Source of the DNA: a virus
Taxonomy: Duplodnaviria > Caudoviricetes
DNA length: 64,000 nucleotides
Direction: 5' to 3' (one strand)
IMG/VR virus record: IMGVR_UViG_3300023053_000001
Span: 204,459-268,458 of that record
In this document: piece after piece, positions 27,252 through 37,314 of the stretch
How the letters are laid out: each line of letters opens with the position of its first letter
Numbering within the stretch: position 1 is the stretch's first letter
The notes under the pieces: model-generated
Told to the model about the DNA's origin: nothing
Seen by the model: only the letters and a program-made list of their open reading frames with translations
Databases searched by the model: none
Made by a program: the position numbers and the translations under genes

Positions 27252-29681
27252 ATGAAGCATTTCGTCAAAGAGCTGGACCACTACAAACGTGATTACGACC
27301 TGCTCGGCACGTACGTGGAAGACCAGGCCAGCCACATGCACCTGATGACCGGCCAGCCGCTGGAGGTCTGTCGTGACTTCGTCCGTAAGACCATCGGGCC
27401 GGGCGGTCGTCGTGAGTTGGTTATCCCCGTAGCGCATGTCTTGGTGCGCAACAAATTCGGCGATCGTGAACGCAAAGCCATTCCGTTTGATCGGCTCTTG
27501 GCTGACATTCGTGAAAAGCGCGAAATCCTGTCCCCGTCGCTGACTGCCTATACCCATCCGGATGAACGGGTCTCGATTCTGGCAGAGTACATTCAAGGCA
27601 ACTTGAAGAAGCGCAAGGAAGCCAAGCACGCCAAGTTCGTCGCTGAGATGAAGGGCGAAGCAGTGCTGGCAGCGATCTTTGAAGCGGCCCAGACCACGCT
27701 GAAGATCAAGAACAACTCCCTGTCCGGTGCGCAGTGCTCGCCGTACACGGTGCTGTGGAATAAGTCGGCGCACTCCACGCTGACTTCGACTTGCCGTACG
27801 GCCACCTCCTACGGTAATGCGAACAACGAGAAGTTCCTGATGGGTAACCGGCACTATTGGTCGCCGGAGATCACCAAGGCCAACATCATCTCGATCATCA
27901 ACCACAGCGATTACGAGGCCATTGCCCGGACCATGCAGCGTCATGGCCTGAAGGCACCGACGGTCGAACAGACCATGGCCTGCATCACCCGCTCCACCGA
28001 GTTCTACTGGCGCAGCCCCAAGGCGATGGAAGCCATCCAGGAACTGGTGAGTAACCTCAGTGACCTGCAGCGCTCGGCATTTGTCTTCACCTCCGATCTG
28101 TACCACCTGGCGCAGGTCAATCCCGAGTTCGTTCGTGCCTTCTTCACTCGCATGTCCATCCGTTCCACGGAAAACCTGCTGGTGCCGGATGCGGACTTCT
28201 ATGTCAACGAGCAGGATGACAACCTGCGTGCATTCGTCTCGATGCTGTGCGCCCGCCAGTTGCGCGGTGGCAACATGCAAGAGGCGTTGGTGCGTGCACT
28301 GGTCTATCCCTTCGGTGTCCCTGAGCAGGTGCTCGACGATGCTGATCGGTACTACGATCTCAACGTTGCCGAGAAGATGTCCGGCTTCATCAGCATGCTG
28401 CGCGGTAAGCGTAAGGAAGAGGCTGTTGAGAAGCTGAAGAAGGAATGTCGCGAGCTGTGGAAGATCCTGTACTGGGAACGCCACGGTCTGGAAGAGGCCA
28501 AGGTCAAGAAGTATCGTGGGAACTTCCCGGTTTCCGACGGTACTGAAGCCAACGACTATGCCATCATCGGCGCGATGACGCAGCAGGTGATGTACGCACT
28601 GGACGGCTATGAGGATTTGATCCAGAGTTTCTGGACCACGCCCAATCTGCCGGCTTCTGTGTACTACATGCCGTCCATCATCCGACGTACGGCGATCACC
28701 TCCGATACCGACTCCACGATCTTCACGGTGCAGTATTGGACCGAGTGGTACGTAGGCAAGCTGGACTTCACCGACACCTCCATTGCCGTGGCCAACACGG
28801 CGGTGTATCTGGCCGGTCAGCTGATCCGACACATCCTGGCCACGTTCTCGGCCAACATGGGTGTGGCGCAGAAGGACCTGAACCGCCTGTCGATGAAGAA
28901 CGAATACTACTTCCCGGTGTTCGTCCTGACAGCGCGTGCCAAGCACTACTTCGCCTACATCTCTGCGCAGGAAGGTAACGTCTTCAAGGAAATGAAGATG
29001 GAGATCAAGGGCGTGGGCTTGCGTAACTCCAATGTCCCGCCGCGCCTGACCAAGGCCTCGCACAAGCTGATGCGCCACCTGATGGACTCGGTGATGGCAG
29101 GTGAGGCGATCTCGATCAAGCAGGTGTTGCGTTACATCGCCAAGAAGGAAATCGAAATCCGCGATTCGGTATTTAGCGGTAAGTTCGACTACCTCAAGTC
29201 GATGAACATCAAGTTGCGTGAGTCCTATTCGGAAACGGCTAAGTCCACCAACTACGATCACTACTTGCTGTGGGAATCGGTGTTTGCTCCCAAGTACGGC
29301 TCTGCAGGTGCACCGCCGTACCGGGCCATCAAGATCCCGATGGAAACCGACTCCCCGGCCAAGATGAAGACGTGGCTGGATTCGATCAAGGACCGCTCCA
29401 TCGCCAAGCGCATGGAGGAGTACCTGAAGTTGAAGGGCAAGAAGTCTGGCATGAAGCAGTTGATGTTGCCAGAGACCATCGTCGGCAGTATCGGTATCCC
29501 CGAAGAGATGTTGGGTGCGGTGAATATTCGCGGTACGATTGCACAGGTCATGGAAGGGTTCTACATCATCCTCGAATGCCTGGGTTACTATCGTGCCAAT
29601 GACTACAACACCAAGCTGGTCTCTGACGATGAATGGTTGCTCGATCCGGAATGGGAATTCGGCGAGTTGAACCTGGACTAA
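27252..29681 (+). CDS. Family B DNA polymerase, C-terminal (fingers/palm/thumb) subunit (809 aa; phiKZ gp50-like)
   Basis: Motif B KIKNNSLSG, motif C ITSDTDSTIF, KHYF and IKGVGL motifs; lacks the exonuclease domain and motif A. Confidence 0.88.
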   Translation: MKHFVKELDHYKRDYDLLGTYVEDQASHMHLMTGQPLEVCRDFVRKTIGPGGRRELVIPVAHVLVRNKFGDRERKAIPFDRLLADIREKREILSPSLTAYTHPDERVSILAEYIQGNLKKRKEAKHAKFVAEMKGEAVLAAIFEAAQTTLKIKNNSLSGAQCSPYTVLWNKSAHSTLTSTCRTATSYGNANNEKFLMGNRHYWSPEITKANIISIINHSDYEAIARTMQRHGLKAPTVEQTMACITRSTEFYWRSPKAMEAIQELVSNLSDLQRSAFVFTSDLYHLAQVNPEFVRAFFTRMSIRSTENLLVPDADFYVNEQDDNLRAFVSMLCARQLRGGNMQEALVRALVYPFGVPEQVLDDADRYYDLNVAEKMSGFISMLRGKRKEEAVEKLKKECRELWKILYWERHGLEEAKVKKYRGNFPVSDGTEANDYAIIGAMTQQVMYALDGYEDLIQSFWTTPNLPASVYYMPSIIRRTAITSDTDSTIFTVQYWTEWYVGKLDFTDTSIAVANTAVYLAGQLIRHILATFSANMGVAQKDLNRLSMKNEYYFPVFVLTARAKHYFAYISAQEGNVFKEMKMEIKGVGLRNSNVPPRLTKASHKLMRHLMDSVMAGEAISIKQVLRYIAKKEIEIRDSVFSGKFDYLKSMNIKLRESYSETAKSTNYDHYLLWESVFAPKYGSAGAPPYRAIKIPMETDSPAKMKTWLDSIKDRSIAKRMEEYLKLKGKKSGMKQLMLPETIVGSIGIPEEMLGAVNIRGTIAQVMEGFYIILECLGYYRANDYNTKLVSDDEWLLDPEWEFGELNLD

Positions 29682-29691
29682 AAGCAAGACG

Positions 29692-29735
29692 GCATATAAC
29701 CCCCGCTCTCCAGCACGGAGAGCGGGGGCGCCTTT
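29692..29735. terminator. Bidirectional terminator
   Basis: gcatataa-cccccgctctcc-agcac-ggagagcggggg. Confidence 0.75.
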
Positions 29736-30865
29736 TACAGGTATGGCACGATCTGCTCGCGCAGGAACGTGATGGCGTGTGCGTACTGCGCCGGGTTGAG
29801 CGGGTTGGCCAGGTACTTACCGCCATCCAGGGTCACCAGGTACGTACGCAGTTGAGTCAGGTACTGGCGATTGCGCTCGTTCTGCTGGGCTTGGTTCTGT
29901 TGCACCAGCCAGGCCACCATCTCCATACGGGCCAGCAGGACCGGCCACTGCATCTGATGGACGTAGCTCAGATCAGGCAGTCGCACGACCTCGTGGTAGT
30001 CCCGATGCCACACGGTAGGGAAGCTGGACAGCAGGGTATCAAAGTCCGGCTTCTTGGGCAGCATGTTGGCGATGAAGTTGGTCAGCACCTGATCGATGGC
30101 ACCCGTCCAGTCCGGCAGGGCAAACGGATGGCTGTTGCGGATATTCGGCAACGGCTTTCCGTAATAGATCGCCATCATGCGATTGAACAGGGCCACCTCA
30201 ACATGCGTATAAAGCATGTTGGGCAACGGCACCTCCATCAGGAACTGACCCATCGTCCGGGGCGACTCCTGACGTTCAATGATGGCTCGCTCGTGGCGCC
30301 ATGCGCGGTACTGTGCGGCCAACATCGGGACATTGATGGAGATGACGCTGTACCCGGTCAGGGACTGCGTCACGCGCCCGTCAGGCACGTTCAGGGCCAG
30401 ATCCGTACAGGGATGGTGTAATACCCTGATGGGATCGTAGGATCGCCAGTTCTGCTTGAAGTCCTGAATGTCGAACGTGTCTTCATTGGCGATGATGACT
30501 TCACCCACGCCGATGCGTTCCCCACGTCGACGGTAGAACACGCCTTCGGTGTGAACCTTGCCCACCGACAGGGGCGATGTCATCTTCAGTGCGGTGACTA
30601 CACCGTGCATGGCATCGCCGACTTTGTCGACGTAAATTTCCACCGGAAGGTGCAATGAAATGTTGAGACTCTGTAGCAGTCCAATCAACAAGTGTGAGTC
30701 CAGCAGGGCGCGTGTATTGCTCTGCCGGTAGGCGATGATTTTGTCGATGGACTGTCGCAGCCCGTCTCGCAGTCGGTTGAACTCTGGCGGGCGGTAGCCC
30801 CCAGCGGAGCTAACCGACCGTTCATGGAAGAGCTGATACATGTCCACCTCTGAAGGAATCGTCAT
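29735..30865 (-). CDS. Conserved phiKZ-like protein (376 aa; gp52-like position), divergent from chmA
   Basis: Long ORF between DNA pol and chmA; assignment by recalled synteny. Confidence 0.7.
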   Translation of the reverse strand: MTIPSEVDMYQLFHERSVSSAGGYRPPEFNRLRDGLRQSIDKIIAYRQSNTRALLDSHLLIGLLQSLNISLHLPVEIYVDKVGDAMHGVVTALKMTSPLSVGKVHTEGVFYRRRGERIGVGEVIIANEDTFDIQDFKQNWRSYDPIRVLHHPCTDLALNVPDGRVTQSLTGYSVISINVPMLAAQYRAWRHERAIIERQESPRTMGQFLMEVPLPNMLYTHVEVALFNRMMAIYYGKPLPNIRNSHPFALPDWTGAIDQVLTNFIANMLPKKPDFDTLLSSFPTVWHRDYHEVVRLPDLSYVHQMQWPVLLARMEMVAWLVQQNQAQQNERNRQYLTQLRTYLVTLDGGKYLANPLNPAQYAHAITFLREQIVPYL

Positions 30866-31111
30866 ATAATCGCGAGTGAGATTGACAAGTGTAAAAAATA
30901 ACTCGCGTATACATGGTATAGGACACAGTCCCGCTCACGGAAACGTGAGTGCCCTGACTGGAGCTTCTGTATCTCTCACGCTCAGGACAGGTGGAATGAA
31001 AGATATTTCAACCACTTATCATCCCTTTGTACACTCACGGAATAAATCCCGTCGGTGTCCATTGTGAACATAATCCTGCCGCTACTACAATAAGCATGAG
31101 GTAACCGCACC

Positions 31112-33088
31112 ATGATCCAGAAAGACAAAGACCAGAACGGCACTCCGAAGGACGCTCCGCAGACCACCATGGGTCAGGCGTTCAAGGAAGCCGGGATGGC
31201 CAGCCCGCAAGCTGCCGCATCCACCCGTACCGAAGCCCCGGCGCAGTCGAATGTCGACACCGCCAGCCGCCCCATCCAGAACAACACCAAGAGCAACGCA
31301 ATGGACATCAACACCATCTTCAAGCGCGACATCTCCCGCAGCGGCCTGAGCGGCGCGGCTACCCTGTACCAGGATGCCTTCAAGAAGCTGCTGGAAAAGC
31401 TGCCCGACGCGGCCAAGACCAACTACCAGATCTTCCTGGTCGACGGCGTCGGCACCCACTTCTCCTCGATCGTGCTGGTCAAGGCCTACTCGCAGGGCGG
31501 CGTGCCCGTCGTGGCGGCCTACACCTACCAGATCGAAGCCAGCGCCGGCAAGCTGCCGCCGCGCCAGGTCTCCCACGCTGGCACCACCTTCTCCCTGCCG
31601 ACCGCGCCGGGCGATGCCATCGACAACACCCTGTGGGAGCGCGTCGAGCAGTTCCTGCAGAACAGCTTCGGCCAGTCGGCCAAGATCTTCAACGCCGGCG
31701 CCCAGCCGATCTTCGCTGAAGTGCAGCCGACCGACGAACTGCGCATCGCGCTGCTGTTCCGCCAGGCCGTCGACGCCACCTCCACCACCATGGTGCAGCA
31801 GGGCGTGATCAAGGAACAGCCGCTGGACGTCAAGCTGCTGGTCTCGGGTGGTCAGCCGGTCACCGGCGTGGACAACAACCCGGCGCCGCTGTTCGACATC
31901 CAGGGCATGCCGATCCGTTCGGACTTCCGCATCGTCACCCGCAAGGCCGGCGAGCAGAACAGCAACACCACCCAGTGGAACCCGAACGACAACCGCAACA
32001 AGGACCTGGTCGCCACCGACCTGTACATCGATCTGGATTACAGCCCGGTCCAGCAGGCTGCCAATCCGTACGGTGCGCAGATCCCGGGCCAGTTCGGCTT
32101 CCAGCAGGCTCCGTCGTGGCGCTACGTGCCGCGTGCGGTCATCACCAACATCGAGTCGCTGACCGATGCGTCGACCCCGGAACTGCTGGGCCTCGGCCTG
32201 GGCCAGGCGATCGTCATGTCCCGTCGCAACTACTGGCTGCAGGCCTTCGCTCCGCGCTGGCCGGCGACCGCCAAGAAGGGCGAGCCGAACCTGCGTGATG
32301 CCACGGCCATCGGTTTCGAGGTCAACCTGACCGGCGCCGAGAAGCCGACCCGCCTGCCGTACCCGAGCCAGCAGGAAACCAACGCGTACTACCAGATGCT
32401 GGCTGCCGCCATCTCGCCGAACCTGATGTACTCCATCGACATCGACGAAGCCGGCGACAACACCTGGCTGACCCGTGACCTGTACCTGGCCGCGCACAAC
32501 GATCCGGAAGCCAAGAAGCGCATCGTCACCGCCTTCAACAACCTGACCGACGGCAAGTTCAGCGCGTTCTGGGACGGCACCCAGCCGATGGCCATCGACG
32601 AGAACAACCGCGTGCCGCTGGGTTACTGGACCCCGAGCACCGGCGTGAAGGCCGACATCCGTCAGCTGGACTACCTGGCCATGCTGAACATCGTCGGCGA
32701 AGGCGACATGAAGATCCTGCACGAGTGGTCGGCGACCTTCTGGGACGTCAACGTGCCGATGGAAGTGCGCCTGGAGCGTCGCGACCGTATCCAGCGTGAA
32801 CTGCTGGCCGGTTACGTGCTGCGTGGCCACGCCCGTCGCCTGGTGCTGACCTCGGCCCTGCTGGGCGCCATCGTCAAGTCGCTGGAAGCCGCTGGCCTGC
32901 TGCTGCAGTCCAACGACACCCTGATCGACCTGACCGGCCAGACCGTGCGTGGCAACTACACCACGGTCAACCAGGCGCTGGACTTCAACGCCATCGGCGG
33001 TGGCGGCCTGTTCGCTTCGGGCATGGGCCCGGCGCAGCAGTTCCGCGGCGCCGTCTCGGGCGTGGGCTTCGGTGGCCTGGGTCGCTAA
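31112..33088 (+). CDS. chmA: Chimallin, major phage nuclear shell protein (658 aa)
   Basis: Size; extreme codon bias (high expression); flexible N- and C-terminal tails; position between DNA pol/gp52-like gene and nvRNAP beta'; strong terminator. Confidence 0.88.
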   Translation: MIQKDKDQNGTPKDAPQTTMGQAFKEAGMASPQAAASTRTEAPAQSNVDTASRPIQNNTKSNAMDINTIFKRDISRSGLSGAATLYQDAFKKLLEKLPDAAKTNYQIFLVDGVGTHFSSIVLVKAYSQGGVPVVAAYTYQIEASAGKLPPRQVSHAGTTFSLPTAPGDAIDNTLWERVEQFLQNSFGQSAKIFNAGAQPIFAEVQPTDELRIALLFRQAVDATSTTMVQQGVIKEQPLDVKLLVSGGQPVTGVDNNPAPLFDIQGMPIRSDFRIVTRKAGEQNSNTTQWNPNDNRNKDLVATDLYIDLDYSPVQQAANPYGAQIPGQFGFQQAPSWRYVPRAVITNIESLTDASTPELLGLGLGQAIVMSRRNYWLQAFAPRWPATAKKGEPNLRDATAIGFEVNLTGAEKPTRLPYPSQQETNAYYQMLAAAISPNLMYSIDIDEAGDNTWLTRDLYLAAHNDPEAKKRIVTAFNNLTDGKFSAFWDGTQPMAIDENNRVPLGYWTPSTGVKADIRQLDYLAMLNIVGEGDMKILHEWSATFWDVNVPMEVRLERRDRIQRELLAGYVLRGHARRLVLTSALLGAIVKSLEAAGLLLQSNDTLIDLTGQTVRGNYTTVNQALDFNAIGGGGLFASGMGPAQQFRGAVSGVGFGGLGR

Positions 33089-33117
33089 GCGGTAACAGCT
33101 GTGTAGTAGCAGCGGTG

Positions 33118-33151
33118 AATGGGGGCCCTTCGGGGCCCCCATTCTTTTTTT
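33118..33151 (+). terminator. Rho-independent terminator of chmA
   Basis: aatgggggccc-ttcg-gggcccccatt followed by a T run. Confidence 0.9.
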
Positions 33152-33231
33152 GCCGTCCAGTGAGTGTAAATAACTAGAGGACAACGAAATCCGATGTACT
33201 ATAGTGCCTCTACAATCTGTCTGCGGGAGTA

Positions 33232-34650
33232 ATGCCACTCATGGGTTTTTCACTGAAGATGACTAACCTTAACGAGGTCTACGCGACTTCGTCAACACCC
33301 CCGCTCTTGGTCAACAACTACAACATCTCAACCATTGAGGACCGGGAGTCGCTCAATCGATTGATCTATACCCACTACGACGGTGATGTGCTGAACATCG
33401 TCCCGTCCTGTGAGTGTGGTGATCTTCGAGGCGAGTTCAACGTCGGCATCAAGTGCTCGGCGTGTGGTACCACGGTCATGGCGGTGACCGAAAGGCCGCT
33501 TGAGTCGGTTTTGTGGATGGCTCCGCCCAAGGGCGTGGCTACCTTCATCAACCCGATGGCTTGGATTCAGCTGTCCAAGGCATTGACCTACAACAGCATC
33601 AACCTGCTCGAATACCTGGTCAACCCGACCATGGTCATCTCCGGTAACGTGCACAAGAACGTGCGCAAGCTGCAGGCGATGAATGTCGAGCGAGGCATCA
33701 ACAGCTTCTATCGCAACTTCGACAGCATCATCCAGATGCTGGCCGACCAGAACATCATCAAGAACAAGAAAGAAGACATCTTGGCGATGGTTGCGATGTA
33801 TCGCGAGTGCATTTTCTGCAAGTATCTCCCGATGCCGTCCAAGCTGGGCTTCATCACGGAGAAGACGGCGGTGAACAGCTATGCTGACACCACCATGCTG
33901 CTGGCAGTGGATGCGTTGCGTACGATTTCGGCAGTGGTCAACTCCACCCGACCGCTGTCGCCCAAGGTAGTTCAGGCCCGCACCATGCAGGCCAATGCAA
34001 TGCTCGCCCAGTATCACGACGCGTTCGCGCGTAAGTCGCTGGGCACCAAGGAAGGCTGGTACCGCTCGCAGGGTTTCGGCGCACGTCTGCACTTCTCCTT
34101 CCGCGCAGTGATCAACTCGCTGTCGGAGAACCATGACTACGACGAATTGCATATCCCCTGGTCGGTGGCGATCATGGTGTTCAAGGTCCATCTGACGAAC
34201 CGTCTGACAGCCTTGGCCAACTTCACGCCCAATGAGGTCAACGAGTACCTGCATGAGCACATGCAGAAGTATTCCGAACTCATTGACACGATCTTCCAGG
34301 AACTGATCGCTGATTCGCCGTACGGCGGTATTCCGACGCTGTTCTCGCGTAACCCGACGTTGCAGCGTGGTTCGATGCAGCTGTTCCGCATCACCAAGGT
34401 CAAGACCGATCCGCACATCAACTCCGTGTCGATCTCCGTCCTGTGCCTGAAGGCGCCCAACGCCGACTTCGATGGCGATGCCCTCAACGGCATCGTAGTG
34501 CTGGATCGTCACATGTACGCCGCACTCTCACGTCTGGCTCCCCATGTGGCCATCCTGGATACGCGTACCCCACGCACGCTGTCCAAGAACGTCATCATCC
34601 CCGCCCCAGTGATCTCGACCACCATCGCGTGGTTGCACGAAGGCGAGTAG
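33232..34650 (+). CDS. Non-virion RNA polymerase beta'-like N/middle subunit with catalytic motif (phiKZ gp55-like)
   Basis: Zn-finger CECG...CSAC, RNPTLQRGS, catalytic PNADFDGD. Confidence 0.93.
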   Translation: MPLMGFSLKMTNLNEVYATSSTPPLLVNNYNISTIEDRESLNRLIYTHYDGDVLNIVPSCECGDLRGEFNVGIKCSACGTTVMAVTERPLESVLWMAPPKGVATFINPMAWIQLSKALTYNSINLLEYLVNPTMVISGNVHKNVRKLQAMNVERGINSFYRNFDSIIQMLADQNIIKNKKEDILAMVAMYRECIFCKYLPMPSKLGFITEKTAVNSYADTTMLLAVDALRTISAVVNSTRPLSPKVVQARTMQANAMLAQYHDAFARKSLGTKEGWYRSQGFGARLHFSFRAVINSLSENHDYDELHIPWSVAIMVFKVHLTNRLTALANFTPNEVNEYLHEHMQKYSELIDTIFQELIADSPYGGIPTLFSRNPTLQRGSMQLFRITKVKTDPHINSVSISVLCLKAPNADFDGDALNGIVVLDRHMYAALSRLAPHVAILDTRTPRTLSKNVIIPAPVISTTIAWLHEGE

Positions 34651-34733
34651 TACAGCGAGGCCACGGACGGGCCTCGCTTATATCGCACAGTCCATCACCC
34701 TGATCCCATTCTCTTTTTCAAGGTTTCGCTACA

Positions 34734-35366
34734 ATGAGCATCGTCGACGAACTCGATCTGAACGGTAAGTTCCGCCTGGTCCTGATGGAAACCATCGACA
34801 TCCCCGATCCGGCCCGCCATGAGAAGGCGCTCAACAGCTGCAACGCCATCTCCGGCGCGCAGGTGCGCAAGCTGCTGGCCTACTTCAACCTGACCGACGA
34901 GGTCAAGCAGAAGGGCCTGAACAACCTGGAAGGCCTGTGGGGCGTGTTCCAGAGCGTGCGCAAGGCCCGCGGTACCGGCGAGTACATCCGCGACCAGATC
35001 CAGCTGGTGATCAACATCGGCGACACCCGCACCACCCGCATCTACGTGCGTGGCGTGCGTGACCGCAAGGAAGAAGTCCTGGCCGAGCTGGAAACCATCC
35101 GCGGCGCCGGCGATCTGCTGGAACTGCTGGGCCCGGTGGAAGCTGCGACCATCAACCGTCGCAAGTTCACCCCCCGGACCGACCGCAAGCCGGGCAACCA
35201 CACCCCGCGTCCGGGCGGCAACGGCGGTCAGCGCAACTACAGCACCGATACCGGCCACAGCGAACGCCACCAGCCCTTCGATGGTCTGCGTGACAAGCTG
35301 CAGGGCCGTGGCCAGCGTGAGCGCGGCGACCGTCGCCAGAACAACCGCAACTCCGCTCACGCGTAA
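34734..35366 (+). CDS. Hypothetical protein (210 aa) with an R/G/N-rich disordered tail
   Basis: Very strong codon bias; basic low-complexity C-terminus. Confidence 0.75.
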   Translation: MSIVDELDLNGKFRLVLMETIDIPDPARHEKALNSCNAISGAQVRKLLAYFNLTDEVKQKGLNNLEGLWGVFQSVRKARGTGEYIRDQIQLVINIGDTRTTRIYVRGVRDRKEEVLAELETIRGAGDLLELLGPVEAATINRRKFTPRTDRKPGNHTPRPGGNGGQRNYSTDTGHSERHQPFDGLRDKLQGRGQRERGDRRQNNRNSAHA

Positions 35367-35482
35367 CGAAACATCTTACAGACCTACAATATCCACGGTA
35401 GGGTAAACCACCGCCAACGCATTGAGGTCTAACAGAGTTTCCATTCACGTGAGCAGCCCGGTAGTATCGGGCAGGAGTTAAT

Positions 35483-36121
35483 ATGGCCCAGGTAATCAGT
35501 GGAGGTGAGCAGGGTTTCAACGCCCTCGCTTACGGGATGCCCCATCCGGGGACGATCGAATTCCTCCAGGGACAGATGTCGAATCTGACCCAGCGTCTCC
35601 AAGGCGCGCAAGACATCTTCATGCAGCACGCTCAGCAGGTGTATGACCAGTTCTACAGTAGTGATGCCTTGCGTATCGCACGTGCAGCACTGCGCCATGT
35701 GGACACCATGTGGCAGAGCGACTCGATCCAGCTCTTGAGTGAGATCGGGCAGTTCCAGAACGCGCCGCTGAGCATGATCCCGTACATCATGGCAGAGCCG
35801 ACCACCCGCGCACTGTACCACGCTCAGCGTATCGACGGTTATTCGGAAGAGTACGTCGACATCGAGCCTGGTCTGGTGGGTGAGCAGCACTACCATTACC
35901 GTCGTGTCATGGACGGTGTGATCGTCATGAACGAGGACGACAGTCCCAATGCCCGCGAGTGGTATGCGGACACGTTCACCGACGAACTGATCGAAGGTGA
36001 TGAGGATCTGACCATCGTGGATCAGAATGACATCCTCAATAGCTGGCAACATCAACGCTACTTCGCTTCGTGCGAAAATGGCGAGGACTACACCAGCAAA
36101 TTCAACGCACGCATGGGGTAA
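35483..36121 (+). CDS. Conserved nucleus-block protein (212 aa; possibly phiKZ gp59/Imp3-like)
   Basis: RBS aggag; identity inferred from recalled synteny only. Confidence 0.6.
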   Translation: MAQVISGGEQGFNALAYGMPHPGTIEFLQGQMSNLTQRLQGAQDIFMQHAQQVYDQFYSSDALRIARAALRHVDTMWQSDSIQLLSEIGQFQNAPLSMIPYIMAEPTTRALYHAQRIDGYSEEYVDIEPGLVGEQHYHYRRVMDGVIVMNEDDSPNAREWYADTFTDELIEGDEDLTIVDQNDILNSWQHQRYFASCENGEDYTSKFNARMG

Positions 36122-36127
36122 CGGTAA

Positions 36128-36160
36128 GTCCCACCACTGTTCAGGCAGTGGTGGGATTTT
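36128..36160 (+). terminator. Stem-loop with T run
   Basis: gtcccaccactg-ttcagg-cagtggtgggat-ttt. Confidence 0.7.
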
Positions 36161-36202
36161 ACTAGCCGGCTTTATTTTTTGTATTAGCCTCGGACTACGA
36201 CC

Positions 36203-36619
36203 ATGGGACAGCCCGTACTCACCTTGTCGACCAAGGGTCTGCTGCAAGACCCCCAGAGTAAGGCTGATCGGCAGATGGCTTACTATCTGACGACCAACCA
36301 CTCCCAGACCAACATGTTCCGCAACTCGATCCTTTCTCTGCCCAAGCGCATCGAGCAGTTTGAGGAAGACGTCGACTTGCTGTGTTCGCAGGTTCGCGAA
36401 GACCTGCAGAATCTGTACACGATCATCTTCGACGCCGTGCAAATCACGGTGACGCCTTCGTACCCCAACAAGGAAGACCCCAACGAGGTCAACCTGACGG
36501 TTCTGGCCATGCTCACTGAGGATGGTGTGAACTACAGCTTGGGGCGCCTCATCAACGTGAAGGGTAACCGTACCTTCACTGTCATGTCCATCAACAACAC
36601 AGGTAACGCTGCACCATGA
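36203..36619 (+). CDS. Conserved hypothetical protein (138 aa)
   Basis: Coupled (ATGA overlap) to the next gene. Confidence 0.75.
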   Translation: MGQPVLTLSTKGLLQDPQSKADRQMAYYLTTNHSQTNMFRNSILSLPKRIEQFEEDVDLLCSQVREDLQNLYTIIFDAVQITVTPSYPNKEDPNEVNLTVLAMLTEDGVNYSLGRLINVKGNRTFTVMSINNTGNAAP

Positions 36620-37311
36620 CTGCCATGAACATCGCCAACCTCGTCCGTACCGAAGCGGCACCGACGACCACCATCCCGGTGAACATCGCCACCGCCACTG
36701 CCCAGCCCGCACCGCCCGAGACCCCGGCCAGCGAAGCGCTGCCCACCAGCGAAATCCCGGCTGCGCCCAAGTCGCCGGCCAACCGCATCGAAGCGCTGCT
36801 GGTGGATGTGCGCGAGCAGCTGCTGAACGTGCAGGGCGATGGTTTCATCACCGTGGTGGCCTCCAAGGTCGTCCAGCTGCTGATGAGCGAAGATCGCCTG
36901 AAGTACGCCGTCGAGCAGGTCATGGCCGAAATGACCCGCGAAAAGGCCAACGCCAACCTGCCGGTCGAAATCCCGGCCGGTATCCAGGAAGCACTGGCGG
37001 CCGCTGTGCCGGCACCGACCCCGGACGTGCCGGTCGAAGCCGATCCGTCGCTGGTCTTCACCGTCATCGCCAATCCGACGCAGCACCCGTTCGACACCCT
37101 GCTGGTGTTCTCCCCGACCATCGGCGCGGACCTGTCGCCCAGCTCGATCGACGTCAGCGTCTGGTCGGTCGATGACCACGGCGATACCCATCCGACCAAG
37201 CTGACCCCGAGCTACCACGCCGCGCTGCTGGCCTACTACAAGACCAATAGCGCCCAGTTCGGCTTCGGCCAGCACTACGTGGTGCAGATGGGCCTGCGCA
37301 AGCCGGGTTGA
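36616..37311 (+). CDS. Hypothetical protein (231 aa), Pro/Ala-rich linkers
   Basis: ATGA overlap; strong codon bias. Confidence 0.75.
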   Translation: MTAMNIANLVRTEAAPTTTIPVNIATATAQPAPPETPASEALPTSEIPAAPKSPANRIEALLVDVREQLLNVQGDGFITVVASKVVQLLMSEDRLKYAVEQVMAEMTREKANANLPVEIPAGIQEALAAAVPAPTPDVPVEADPSLVFTVIANPTQHPFDTLLVFSPTIGADLSPSSIDVSVWSVDDHGDTHPTKLTPSYHAALLAYYKTNSAQFGFGQHYVVQMGLRKPG

Positions 37312-37314
37312 TCG

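Noticed and set aside
30882-30912. TTGACA resembling a sigma70 -35 upstream of chmA (another at 7667)
   Set aside because: No -10 hexamer at 16-18 nt spacing; phiKZ-like phages are largely independent of host RNAP
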